A stretch of DNA of 62,272 bases, the filler included, from Choristocarpus tenellus KU-1152 (Eukaryota > Protista > Phaeophyceae), in NCBI GenBank assembly GCA_964200185.2. It is 8 parts of 8 records of this genome, joined end to end, with 100 filler letters (N's around TTAATTAATTAA, not from the genome) between each part and the next. Parts side by side here need not be neighbours in the genome. Positions count along the whole stretch, not along the records: positions 26,366 to 36,333 come from CAXNAD020003236.1; positions 36,434 to 41,098 come from CAXNAD020013559.1; 6 more parts are not named here. One strand, written 5' to 3'. Positions within the stretch are counted from its first letter, which is position 1; each line of letters opens with the position of its first letter. Positions 26,266 through 38,779 of the stretch are shown piece after piece. A program made the position numbers and the translations under genes. The notes under the pieces are model-generated. The model was not told the DNA's origin and made no database searches. It was given only the letters and a program-made list of their open reading frames with translations.

Positions 26266-27786
26266 NNNNNNNNNNNNNNNNNNNNNNNNNNNNNNNNNNN
26301 NNNNNNNNNTTAATTAATTAANNNNNNNNNNNNNNNNNNNNNNNNNNNNNNNNNNNNNNNNNNNNGGGGCTGCCAAGCCGACGTTCTGATCCTTAACGTC
26401 CCCAGTTCTGGCCTCAAAATCGCTCCAAAATACCCCTACTTTGACGGCTTGAAGCACTTCGAGTTTGTACCTGATGATCCTCGATCCCTACCTTTTCTGA
26501 AAGCTGAGATTGTCAACCCGATTCATTCTGTGGGTTTATCGTCCGATTCGGCGCCGTTCTCGCTTGGTGAGCCAAGATGTTTCGTGGCACAAACTTATGG
26601 CACAGAGGTAGTAGTTCGTAAAATATAGAAACGTGCGTGTCGGAAAAGGAAGAGAAAGCTTTTCGTAATGCAGCAAAAAAGTATTAAAAAGTAAAACTTC
26701 TCCACTTCAGTCATATAGGCTGATTGGTCCGTACTGCATTAGTAGTATGTACTACCTGAGTCATACCACAACAGATTGGTGGGGTGGACAACCTAGCATA
26801 ATTTGTCAGGGAGGGGGTAAAATGTGAAGTTCCATGATCAAATGGTATAATTTAAATTCGGATAGCAACAGTGAATCTTAAGGTATGTTCTAAACGTTTC
26901 TCGGTACTGGAACTATGTTGCAATATCAATCGTTGGGGACATAGTTTCCTTTATTGAACCTTTCATTCAGTTAATTAACTCTGTGATTGCGAATTAAGGT
27001 GTTCAGGTGAAAAATGATTTGTATGCCGTTGAGTCTGGTACTCCGCCTTTGTTTGTGTGATACTGAAGCGCTCATAATGCTGACGAATCTGACAACATTC
27101 CCCGCCCAAGAGGATGCAGGTATACTAAGTGCCATAAGTGACAATCTGGAGATCAAACACCGGAAGTTGAAATAGGGCTACTCTCGTTGATACATGGATG
27201 AAATTGGTATCACAATGACTAAATAATAAACTAATAGTCACAAAGCACAACGCATGGAGTGGACTTCAGCTCCTAAGAGTGAGTGCTTACGAAACCTCCA
27301 TTAAGACCCATCGCCTTTGACACGTGATTGATGTTGGCGTGAACGTCACCAACGACAAAGAAATGTGCACGAAATACACTAATGCGTGCGCGCAGAAGTG
27401 TATTTGACTGAGATCAGCTCCCAAAGGTATCTGTCCGTCACAATGATAGTAAAAAGCACATATCTGAGCGTTCCTGTGCATAACTATGATACTGTAAAGA
27501 AGGGCAATTTCCTATACCAGTTTGAAATGAAACACAAAACCAGAGATGGTTACATACACTAATAGGATACAAATCTGTTGTGCGTAGAACTGTGCAGTAT
27601 ATATACTGCACGAAGAATGTGTTTGTATTGTTATGGTGGGATAGGTGTGTGTCATGTCAACTCTTTGTCTATATGTATATTTTGTATACGATACGCAGCA
27701 GGTAAGACAAACCTTTTGTAGCATATATCACTGTCAATGGTTGGATGATGCACATTTCATGAGGGGAACAGGGAAGCAAAAGCTAA

Positions 27787-27858
27787 ATCACGCTCCAGGT
27801 TTCGATCCTGGGACCTCGAGGTTATGAGCCTCACACGATTCCCCTTCGCCAAACGTGA
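27787..27858 (-). tRNA. tRNA-Met(CAT), initiator-type T-loop, non-canonical acceptor and anticodon stems
   Basis: Reverse complement folds fully: TCACGTT TG GCGA AGGGGAA TCGT G TGAGG CTCATAA CCTCG AGGTC CCAGG ATCGAAA CCTGG AGCGTGA T. A TTTT run (pol III terminator-like) follows 6 nt downstream. Confidence 0.88.
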
Positions 27859-28070
27859 AACTATCGAAGGAAAAGAACCACAGCCATCGTAAGGTCTAAC
27901 ATATCTCTCCACATTCTCAGTCCAACACCACCATCACCACAAAAATTTTCCATCATTTCCATATTAATCCTGTAGTGCTGCTTACTTACATCGCATACCC
28001 CCCACTGAATAAAAAAGGCGAATACACCAACATTCGATACCCCAAGACATACACATACAAGTAAGGGTAC

Positions 28071-28108
28071 TTGGTAGACACCCCCCCCTCCCCCAGATAC
28101 TTTGGGTC
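28071..28108 (-). mobile_element. MITE family A terminal fragment
   Basis: TGGTAGACACCCCCCCCTCCCCAGATACTTTGGGTC. Confidence 0.75.
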
Positions 28109-28739
28109 CCATAAAATTGACAGGTGAAAAGGGACCTCCTGTTGCGGGATGTGGAGGAAGGTACATTGTTCCTGGACATCGACAAATACTCCAAGGGCGT
28201 TACCTTGAACACCAGTGGCGAACACGAAGGCAAGGAATTACGTAATTGTACAACATCGCCATATGTGAACATCACATATCGCTTCGTACCCCAAACACAC
28301 CATCTCGATGCTCACAGATCTTACCAACACCTTGGACAATTTAACACTGTACATTGACGCGGGCTTCTCGTGTTTTACATGTTCCGAAGATGTTCGTCAA
28401 ACAGATTTATTCATACTTTCGCTGTGTTGTGTCAATTGACACAACACAGCGCACATCGGCAACTTATGTCACGGTTCACGTCATATAGTCCTACCCGCCT
28501 CCTCTTCATCCATGTGACAAGCCCTTCTTGTCTTCCTATTTATGGGCTCAAAAAATACGCCCAAGTATATCTAACCACGCGAACTCCTTTGCTTCCACCT
28601 TTTCATCACCCTTTTCCTCCTCCTCTATATCCTCGTTCGCTTCCTCCTTTTGATCAACCTTTGCCTCATCCTTTGCTTTCTCTATCTCGCCCTTCGCCTT
28701 ATTCTTTGCCTCCTCGTCCACCATTACAGAGGTCAGCCA

Positions 28740-30330
28740 AGTCATATTACGCCAGACAATAACGTCAAGTCCGAACACGACCTTGATAGGTTCAAGGGAG
28801 AAACGAGTGCCGCCCAAGAGAGCGCAGCCGTGATTCTCCAGATCCAACCAGGAGGCATCGTTATTACATGCACTACCCTCGGCGACAACCTCGATCCGGA
28901 TTGTATCCAACTCCTGATCGAGAACCTCTCCACCTTCTGCATTTTTGCACTCTCGAAGACACCTGTAGAGGGTGGCGTATCCTCGCCTGACGACAGCAGA
29001 GGACCCAACCCACTTTAACTGATAAAGAGGAACAGGAGACGCTATCGCCTAACCCAACAGTAGGTATGAGGAGTGAGACACTCCATGGGGGCAGCCTGGC
29101 AACACAACCTCGGAACACGACTCAGAAGGCAATAGGGATCGCCTGATTGTAGTGTTTTGTCATGTCCAGAGGAAGATGTCTAGGAGGACTTGGAGGGGGT
29201 GCTAGGCAAGGACTCAGAGTCCGTGCCTGTCAGGAGTGATCCTGGAATGTCCCCAAACGGCCATGCGGCGGGCAGCAACGGCGACAAGTCCATCGATCCC
29301 GACCCAACGGTTAGAAGGAATAGGAATAACGATATTGTGGAGCGAAGTGGGGACTCCACCCATGCCGAGTCAACAACACCAACGGTTGCTAAGAAATCAT
29401 CAGGTTCCTCACATAGAGACAAGCCTTCCGCAAGCAAGGCAAAACGTGAGAAAACTAAAATGACGGTCAATAGGAAGAAGAGGTCGTCGGCAGAAAGTGA
29501 TGGACGGATCAGACTGTTCCAACAGCCTCATGCGAATGATGGACTAGAAGAAGAACCAAGCGTTTTTGCGAACACATTCGCTTCTGAATTCCAGAAAGAG
29601 CAGAGAGGCGGAAACTGCAGCTCCATCTACTGCGATGCATAAGGATGACAACGAAACTTCCACAAATGGTGATGATGACTGCGCCCTGTGTGACACAGTC
29701 GACTCCGGAGATGCATCCATCATGAGGATTACAGAAGCCTTCATGAGGGCGTGCGTGACAGAACTCCTCCGCTCGGCTACAAAACCTGCATCTTCGCAGT
29801 ACCTAGTACAGACTCAAATGCTAACCTAGGTCATATACGACCATGGGTTCAGACTGGTAAAGGTCGGTAGAGCGGCCAAAAATCATGTATTCGGGGATGA
29901 CTGTTACGTCCACAAGGCAATGCAGATAAAACTCAGCGGTCGTGGAGGGAAGCCCAGCAGCACGTTGCATCCCGAGCATGTCGAAGCACTCCGTGAACGG
30001 AAAGTCATCTTCATGAGCCTCGTGAAGCCCAGACCGTGGAACGAGAGGTATTTCATGCGCCTAAATCTCTCGCACCTTCTCGCCGAGGCATACCTAAACT
30101 TGTAGATTGGTGGGAGAATGGTGAAGAATGCCATTTCGACTCCGCCCACCAATTGAAATAGGGCTTCAGTCGTTTCAGATTTTTGTTGAAGCAGGGGTCG
30201 CGTTACTTGTGTCTTATTAGGGCCAAATTGTACCTTGCCTTGCTGTCCGACTACCATGTTCATGCAGTTTCGATCCGATGGGTTACGCATTTACGGAGTG
30301 GTATTGGATACATGCGTACCAGTCAGAGGT
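28740..30330 (+). pseudogene. Decayed, apparently intronless coding region of unknown function, probably element-borne
   Basis: Chain of plus-strand ORF pieces (28650-29018, 29190-29642, 29566-29829, 29920-30105, 30235-) separated by single stops or frameshifts; GC-richer than host introns. Confidence 0.4.
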
Positions 30331-30616
30331 GTCAGTGCATCATATGTGATACTCATCTTGAGGATTAGACTTACGTTCTCTTATTTGTTTAACGAAGTGT
30401 GTCTAATCCAAGGTTCAGACTGTAAAATTTGTAACATTTTATAACAACTCTTCTCCATCTTTTCGACTAAGTTTCCAAACGCTTCGCCAAGGCCTGCAAT
30501 GGATATGTTATCTTTTTACCGGCCGCTAACTATTCCCTGAACCCTACCTAGCTCCCCCCTACTTCTCATTACGCCATGCACTATCTCATGCTTTGTCCAA
30601 GTGTTGACAAACGAGG

Positions 30617-32039
30617 GCCGATTCGTCTTCCTTCAAATCGTCAAGGAACATTTCCCCAAGTCCACGTCCAATACCTAACCACAACACCAGCCCTGAGCCT
30701 AACCCAAACACGCACCAATAACTCGACGATTGGCCTGGATCGCCACCCCCGCACAATGACATTGACCATAATGTTACCCTGACACTTACACTGAGCCCAT
30801 CTGCATCCGGTGGTAACCTAAAATCGACAAGTGTCTTACCCAAATTACTTACCAGTGCCGCCATCGACCTTCCTCACGACAACCTGACTCTAACTCATCA
30901 GGATTTATAATCAAACCACTATACCTAACCCCGAACCAAGGACTGTATATATTATTTAATACTTCCCGCGAAACGTACGACAACAGACCCTGACCAATAA
31001 TTAGTTCAAACAGGCTTATTGCTTGGTGTATGTTGATCCTATAGTTAGCATGAAGAATAGAAGGTATGGCATTGGTTGGTTTAGGGTTAGTTATTGGTTT
31101 GTTTGGTTGAATGAGTCGGATTTGGTATGTACACAAAGAGGGCTGCTGGTTAGGGTGTGTTTTCCCAGTGTTAGCAAAAGGAATTAAAAAATATACCACG
31201 GACTATTTTGAGGTTAGTGATTTCGTATATTTGCTTGCATAAGTCGTGTTTGGTATGTGCACAAAGAGGGCTGCCGGTTAGGGTCTGTTGTCCCGGTGTT
31301 AGCTCGAGGAAAAAAAATATATACCATGGACTGTTTTGAGGTTATTTTTCGTTTATTTGCTTGCATGAGTCGTCTTCGGTATGTGCACAAAGAGGGCTGT
31401 CGGTTAGGGCCTGTTATCCCGGTGTTTGCACAAGGAATTAAAAAATATTCCATGGACTATTTTGATTTTGTTTTTTCGTTTATTTGCTTGCATGCGTCGG
31501 ATTTAGTATGTACACAAACCGGGTTGTCGTTCAGGGTGTTAGGGTCAAAGTTTTTGGCATGAAGAAAGTGGAAAGGGTTAGGCTTTGTTTTCGGATTAGT
31601 GTCGTGTTTCTTTGATATCATGTTTCGGCGGATTTTGGATATGTTCACACAGGGTTATTGGTCAGGGTCTGTTGTCGTACGTTTCGCGGGAAGTATTAAA
31701 AAATATATACAGTCCTTGGTTCGGGGTTAGGTATAGTGGTTTGATTATAAATCCTGATGAGTTAGGGTCAGGTTGTCGTGAGGAAGGTCGATGGCGGCAC
31801 TGGTAAGTAATTTGGGTAAGGCACTTGTCGATTTTAGGTTACCACCGGATGCAGATGGGCTCAGTGTAAGTGTCAGGGTAACATTATGGTCAATGTCATT
31901 GTGCGGGGGTGGCGATCCAGGCCAATCGTCGAGTTATTGGTGCGTGTTTGGGTTAGGCTCAGGGCTGGTGTTGTGGTTAGGTATTGGACGTGGACTTGGG
32001 GAAATGTTCCTTGACGATTTGAAGGAAGACGAAATCGGC
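30617..32039. repeat. Long inverted repeat: arms 30617-31000 and 31655-32039
   Basis: Arms are reverse complements with only 4 differences noticed by eye; this produces the duplicated ORFs 30586-30864(-) and 31791-32144(+). Confidence 0.95.
31085..31654. repeat. Tandem array of ~127-bp units inside the inverted repeat
   Basis: GTATGT(A/G)CACAAA at 31125, 31253, 31379 and 31506 (periods 128, 126, 127), with a degenerate copy near 31640. Confidence 0.9.
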
Positions 32040-32198
32040 ATGTTCAACCTTGCTACCCGATCATCATTTGTATGGGGTATTCGATCCTTGCCTATCCTGC
32101 CCACAGACGTTCATGCATTGATGGATGCCGCTCTATTAGCATAAGCGTACAGATCAGGTGTCAAAATTGGGGACGCTTCTACTGCAGTGTCAATGTTT

Positions 32199-32467
32199 GA
32201 GTGATAGAACCTTTGAGGGTAGAGCCTCGTCTATTTGAGGGCTAAAATCCAATGTTGCGATTTTTATGTAATCTGAACTATCATATTTGCTAGGGAGTGT
32301 CAATATCCTTGTTCTGGACATATACATGGAACCTACTTCAAAACGTACACATTTTCCCTAATCTGAAACATTTCGGAAAAGAAAAATGTCATAAATATAC
32401 CCGTGAGAAGCAAAGCCCCAAACGGACAAACAGGGAAAAACTAGTACCATCTAAGATACTTTCTCTC
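32199..32467 (-). mobile_element. MITE family B, diverged, no TSD
   Basis: Family B body with eroded termini. Confidence 0.8.
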
Positions 32468-33619
32468 GTCTTCACACGAGCAGCAGAGTCTATTATACTT
32501 CCTGTGGCTGAGCTTCGATTTTCCGACCTTGAGCTTAAGCAGGAATTGGCTGAATACAAGCCAACTTAACTTGATGTGTTGAGCAATCGAAAACGAGCGT
32601 CCACACCACCCTGAACACGGGAAGTCCCACCAAAACAGGGGAAGACTAAGAATAACGTTCGCGCACGGATTCCCGCAACCACCTTTGCAAAGTTCGCAGT
32701 TGTTGTGCCAAATCCAGCAAGTTGGTCGCGTGAACATCCATGGGATAATCAGGAGAATTATATTGTTTTTTTTACTTATGTGATTCCACTTCTATGGAAA
32801 ATATGGGGTTCATCCCTCCAATTGAGTACGCAAACATTTTTGGGATACCCAAATGATTCTTTTTTCTCCCACGGAACTATCGGACATGATATCCTGACCT
32901 GACCCTTCTTTTCTCGTGTGCAAACAGAGTCCACATTGGGGGGGTGATGTAATATACAAGTATAGATTGGGAGTTGATCCCAGTCAAATTCATGTCGGTG
33001 TGCATGCACAAGTGTATTGCGCTCACATTTCTTTGTCATTGGTGTTTTCGTTCACATTATCAACATCAATCACAAAGATATCCTTATCATTCTCAGAGCA
33101 CTTATTGTGGAGGTTCACAATGATGTGACGCCAATCATTGGATCCGAAGTTTAACTCAGATTCGTACCAATATTGAATGTTGGTGAGGTCTTTGGGGTTT
33201 GCTGAGACAACCCCACCCCACCCCCCTTGGACACAACCAGTTAACATTAATTTTCCCATTTCTTCAGGATTGTAACCCTGAAGCGATGATGATGATCATG
33301 TCTGAGAAAGTGAGTAGATTCACACTTTATTGCATCTTCTCCTGAAGCAAAATTTCGTAGATCAAGGTTCTGATGGAATGATCTGACCTTTTGAGAGGAA
33401 AAACAGATTGGTATGGTGGATTCTCCTTAGTGCATACTCTTTAAAAGGCGGTAGAATGTGGAATTGATGGTTGAAAATTGCAACTATTTCGTTACACCCC
33501 CATCTTTCTACTGTTGTTGTAATGGTCATTACATCATGTTCCCTCTCACATCTTACTTGGTGTATACCATCGAAACTGTAAAGTATTGTTTTTCATTAAC
33601 ATTACACCAAGCAAGGTTT

Positions 33620-33730
33620 CCTTTTGGTACAAAACCAGGAAAAGTGCACTTTCATTATTCATCTGACGTACGGAACCAAATCACCCAAAAATCTCGACAT
33701 GAAAAAATTGGCCCCAAATGGACAGCCACC
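33620..33730 (+). mobile_element. MITE family A internal fragment
   Basis: AAAACCAGGAAAAGTGCAC ... CCCCAAATGGACAGCCACC, without TIRs. Confidence 0.8.
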
Positions 33731-36471
33731 AACGTTGAGCCTGGGGCAAAATTAATATGCGGGGTCAGAGCAGTTATTGTGAAGTGACTTGTTACGAACT
33801 CTAATAATACGATCGACAGATGAGAGGATAAACCCGACACTCCCTCGGGTACCTCCTCGCTCAGGATGTATAGTTTCTTTGGAGCAGGCTCTTCTGAAGA
33901 CCCGGCTGAGGAGTCATTGGCGTAGGGGTCGATCCCGACCTCCTCTTTCCTCTTGAGGTCGTTCATGACCTGCACAGCGACCTCCGGGACAGCCCTTTTG
34001 ATGAAGAAGACATCCTTGAGGTGCATTCTCCTCAAGTAAGCCCTTTTAATTTTCCACGGTTGCGATGACCATTCTTCCTCGAACTGAGCGGCAGACTCAT
34101 AGTCCGGATCGCCCTCCTTTGGTCCGCTCTTCTTTCCCCTTCCTCGTGTCCTCTTTTTTTTGTCTTGGTCGGGGTTGGCCCGGGGTCGTTTGTTCCGGAC
34201 GCCCCTTAGATTGGTCGAGAATTGTCATGGAGGAGCGCATGGAGAGAGGAATGGTAAATCATATGTATGCCACGAGTGTCTGCCTTGTGACGCACAAACT
34301 TGACAGTAAATGTTGTAGCTGTTGCAGGGTCAGTAAGGGGTATATGCACATACATGTATACGTTGGGTGAATCGTTACAAACAAAGCTTGACTTATCCAT
34401 TCCTCTGGAAGTGTCTCCGTGCCGACCACATACGAGAGAGAGAGCGTGTCTGTAGGTAGTCTCTGAAGGATTTAGGGTTAACAACGTATTGATTGAAGAA
34501 GGTTTTGCAGGGGAGGCGTGTCGTGCAGCAGAACCCCATGGGATGTTAATCCCACCTGATTCCTGTAGACGTAGGTGAACCCCCCACTGTTCTTGAGGGA
34601 TTCAATGGCGACATCCGGGTTGGCATACCACAGCTCAATGAAGCCGTGAACCGAACTTGTCCTACTTGGGTGAGTGTTAGGGGTGCGGAGGATAGGTCAC
34701 ATGATCAGGACAGAAGAATGTGGGAAATGCAAGTGGGTGTGTGTTAAAACATAGGCTACTCATTTGTTTCTTGTTGATATGATACACATACTACCAGCTT
34801 GTACTGACTGTTGATTGGCGCACTGCACTGGTTGTTAGTGTTCATTTATTTATTGCGCATTCCAACTCATCATCTCATCGATGACAGGTTTCAACAGTAT
34901 GTTGGTTAATTGTATATCGCATATTGGCGATGGCGATACACATATATAAATCGTCAATCCAAGTTCAGTCTGTGAAGCCAGGGGTTAGTGCGGTGTTGTT
35001 GGGCCATTAAGTGACGGGACATTGGATGTTGAAATATTGAGATGGCTGCACTGTGCTTATGCTGGAGCCGTCGCACTTCTTGTGCTCTCTCCAGACACCG
35101 AGATTGATGTCCTCCAGCTCTTTCGTTTCTGGTGGAACATAGTGAGGGGAAGAAAGCGATTGGGAGCATCGGATCACTGATGCCGAATTAATATAGATAT
35201 ATGCGATGAAAGGTAGGCGGTGCTTCATAACCGTTTCACGAATCGTTTCCTGGGAAGGAGCCGTGAGAATCTGACCTTCTTCAGCACATATCTGCACAAG
35301 GGTGGCGACCGAATTATAGAATTGGGAGGAGATTTGCTCGCTGAGTCTATTCATTCCATTTTCCATGTCGATCTCCTCCCACACTTCCGTGAGGAATACC
35401 TTCATCTTCGCAGCAACCCTCCTTTTTATTGCCATGTGGAATGCGGCGTGGGCACTCCGGAAGTCTATGTCTTGTGGACAGTATTGGGTTGCACTAGGTT
35501 ACCAATGTCGTCATGCGCGTGTAATGCTCGGAGTCCTCACCTGTATCCTGCAGGTAGGGGCGGGACCTGTCACACTTGAAACCACGCTTATACTCCATGA
35601 TGGCTCTAACCCAACACACCATCCTTTGGAATATATCGCTGCGCACAACTGACACCCGTCCCAGATGCTCCATCCTTACCTCAGACAAATTGACAGACCG
35701 AGGGCATTCAACGTGGGAAGGGACAGCTCCTCGCGACATTTAGATATGCAGCACCCTGATACACATGTTCTTGGCATCACGGTATGCAAGGGCATAGCAT
35801 CGCCATGCCCCACGATCCGATCACGTCTCATGATTCCATTCAGTACATGCAATACTTGGACCTGCATACGAACAAGAGAGTTTGCCGCCTGGATGCACTG
35901 TGTCAACAGTATGCTCAGAGGTACTCCACACGAGCGACTCGCATTGTTACAAGCGTTGCACATATCCCCCATTCACACTACGGATGAATCATTATTACAT
36001 GTTTACCATTGACCAACGAAACTTCAACATAACACGACATGTACATGGTGCAACCGAAGTGGCAACAGGACACAGATTGGGACAGATGAGGATATCTATG
36101 CCAACTTCAGGGAGAGATTCGAACTGGAGAGGACGTCAGGACCAATACCCTCTCTGTCGACATTCGTGAAGTGGAGAACGTTTTACATCACAAAGGCCAC
36201 GCCAAGGCGTGTGAAGATATAGTCATTCGATTTTTGGGACACGCGCTACAGGGGAATTTGGTTAAGTCTATGGTTCCTAACCACCACAGGCTACCCAGTC
36301 ACATTACCGCATCATCCGTCTCCACACAGAGGGNNNNNNNNNNNNNNNNNNNNNNNNNNNNNNNNNNNNNNNNNNNNTTAATTAATTAANNNNNNNNNNN
36401 NNNNNNNNNNNNNNNNNNNNNNNNNNNNNNNNNAAAAAAAAAAGGCGGGGGAAAGAGAGGGAGAGAGGGGG

Positions 36472-36512
<41 letters not shown>

Positions 36513-36819
36513 CGTAAAATATCTCGTCATACACTATTAAGGATTCCTTGTTTGAGGTTGTAAACGGACAAGCCCTCTTGGTGGAGGTGGGCTAGAAGGG
36601 TGGGGACCTGCAATTGCGAGAAAAGATTCTTCAAGGTCAAACATGCCACCACCAATTAACGTTTTGTTCCTCTATATTTAATGACTTCATAGCGTATCAC
36701 ATGTTTGAAGTCACGGCCAAACATACCAGCACGAGAAGGGGTGTTAACCAATTTTCAAAAATCGAGGCCAGGAAATCTAGGGTATTGGTAACTCATTCCC
36801 TCGGGGCAATTGCACTCAC

Positions 36820-37400
36820 TTGGCGGATCGGCGTGGGAATCTTGACTGACTTCATGAGTTGTTCTGTCGCCGATCGGCGTCGTGCTGCCCATCCTGTTAG
36901 GGTTAGGGTCGAGATGGTTTCGTTCGTAACATGTATACCTCAATCTTGAGTATATGGACAATAAAGAGTAAAGTGACAAGCATTGCGGAAGACGAAGAGC
37001 GTTAATGAAAGAAATTGCTACGCAATCATTCCTGGATACCCCACACTCGAGTCGTTCTCGGATATGAACAAGGAAAAATATGACAAGCAAGATGCTCCGA
37101 AAAGTCCTTACATATCCCCGAACCGGTCCAACCGCGTTTGTTACTAGAACCTCCATACTCTCTGTCCAACACAACGCACGCTATGTAACCCTGATCTAGA
37201 GTCGATTATTATAGCTATGATAAAGTGCAGCCTCCAAATCTACAGGAAATGCCAAACAGGTAGCCGCTAATACCTGGTGGTGGGATGATCTTGCACAAAC
37301 CCACCGGACCCGCTATGGGATCGATCTTTGACAGATATTCTCTAAAGTTCTTGAATTCTCGCTCCGTCGGACGGAACACAGGGCAAGTTGTCTCCGCCAT
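36820..37400 (-). CDS. JmjN/JmjC histone lysine demethylase (KDM4/JMJD2-like), first two exons; rest lost at gap
   Basis: Exons 37400-37274 and 36893-36820 (GT-AG, phase 1) give MAETTCPVFRPTEREFKNFREYLSKIDPIAGPVGLCKIIPPP-GWAARR...VKIPTPIRQ: a canonical JmjN followed by the KDM4-like I.xPI.Q motif. Confidence 0.88.
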
Positions 37401-37599
37401 TGCTCCCCAACGTACATGCCCCACGAAGAGGTGCAGTGGTGGTGGTAGGTTCGATGAACAAGAAGGAGGTATTGTCCGAGGAGAGTGCTTGAGACAATTT
37501 GAGGTACACCGTCAATAATGTGAGTAATCCAATCTTTGAAGAATGATGGAACAGGATGCCGGAGGATCTTTTCTTCCTTGCACATCTATAATTAGTATT

Positions 37600-37713
37600 T
37601 ATTATTATGCCCTCTGACATTTTGTAGATGTGTCAGGGGGGAAACCAATGAAAACTATATATATGTCTTTGTTAGCCCTAAAGAAATAAAATATCCTAAA
37701 CATAAGAACACTA
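37600..37713 (-). repeat. Repeat family C copy ~200 bp upstream of the demethylase ATG
   Basis: Reverse complement matches 10256-10352. Confidence 0.75.
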
Positions 37714-38779
37714 TAAAACATACATATTGTGTGGAAACCAGTATTGTTGTTTTAACAAAGTTGTATGGTCTTTTTTTTCTTCTTTGTACATCTACAATTA
37801 TTTTGTTATTCTGAAGTTTTTGGAAGTGCCTCTATCTTTCTACATCTATAATTGATATGTTGTGTTTAGGTTATGTATTCTTCCTACATACACAAACAAA
37901 ACTATATTTGTTTTTTTACATTGTAAGATCTTTTCTTCTTTGTTCACCAATACCTCATAGGTTTTCACGGTATTTTCTCGTTCAAAATTAAGAATCGTGA
38001 CCTTTCACCTCAACACCAAACGATCTCCATCTCCAAACTGATGATAGGAGAAGTTGTGTCTCCTTTAAGCATCAGGTGTGTGCGTTGGCTGGGTGTACGA
38101 GTGCACAGCATATCTTAGATAGCTACGCGCCTACTTCACTCCCCACTCTCTCGTCCCCCCTCTTACATGATTGCCCTACCTACTCCGTAACACTTTCCAT
38201 GCTACTAGTTCCTCAATTTGTGATCTTGAATGAAGATGGAATCTGGAGGGCGAGCTTCTTGCATGGCGCGGGTCAGTCATAAGTATTCTGACAGGGCCTG
38301 TTGCATCATCTCCTCGTTTTCCTCGTTTACTGATAGTATAATCTCCCCATCATCTCCTTTCTTCGACCTTCTATACTTCTATCGTTTTTCATGACTCCTA
38401 GTAGTTAGTACCTGTGGCAATTCTTGTTGGAAAGGAATGGCGATAGAGGTGTTTCTCATCAGCGTTTCCTTGACCATAACCCCCGTCCTAACTGCCCCAA
38501 TAGTTTCCCCCTCATGTCGATGCCCGTTCCCGTGTACGTCCTGAGGACTGGGTCCCTATCATCAATCCTTAATGGAAAGCACGCACTTAGTAGTATCAAT
38601 ACGTGGACAAAACTATAATTCAATTGTTGGGGGCAAATCATCCTCTGCATTCTAGGTGCCTTACATGACTCTGTTGTCCTCGTCATTGGAACAAATATAG
38701 GAAGAATGGGAATGGTTCTTCTTAAGGATAACTACAAGGCAATTCTTTTGTAACAACAATGGGACGATGGAACGATTCT

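Noticed and set aside
31085-31654. CRISPR-like array
   Set aside because: Units are contiguous ~127-bp repeats without unique spacers; no cas genes; eukaryotic context.
30586-32144. Duplicated ORF pairs (MAALVSNLGK..., IGQGLLSYVSRE...) as real genes
   Set aside because: By-product of the inverted repeat; no recognisable domain or splice support.
36434-36511. Long poly-G as a functional G-quadruplex
   Set aside because: At a low-quality contig edge; its length may be a sequencing artefact.
38459-38686. Gypsy protease-like VLRTYTG motif
   Set aside because: Isolated short match with no catalytic DTG/DSG or neighbouring pol motifs.
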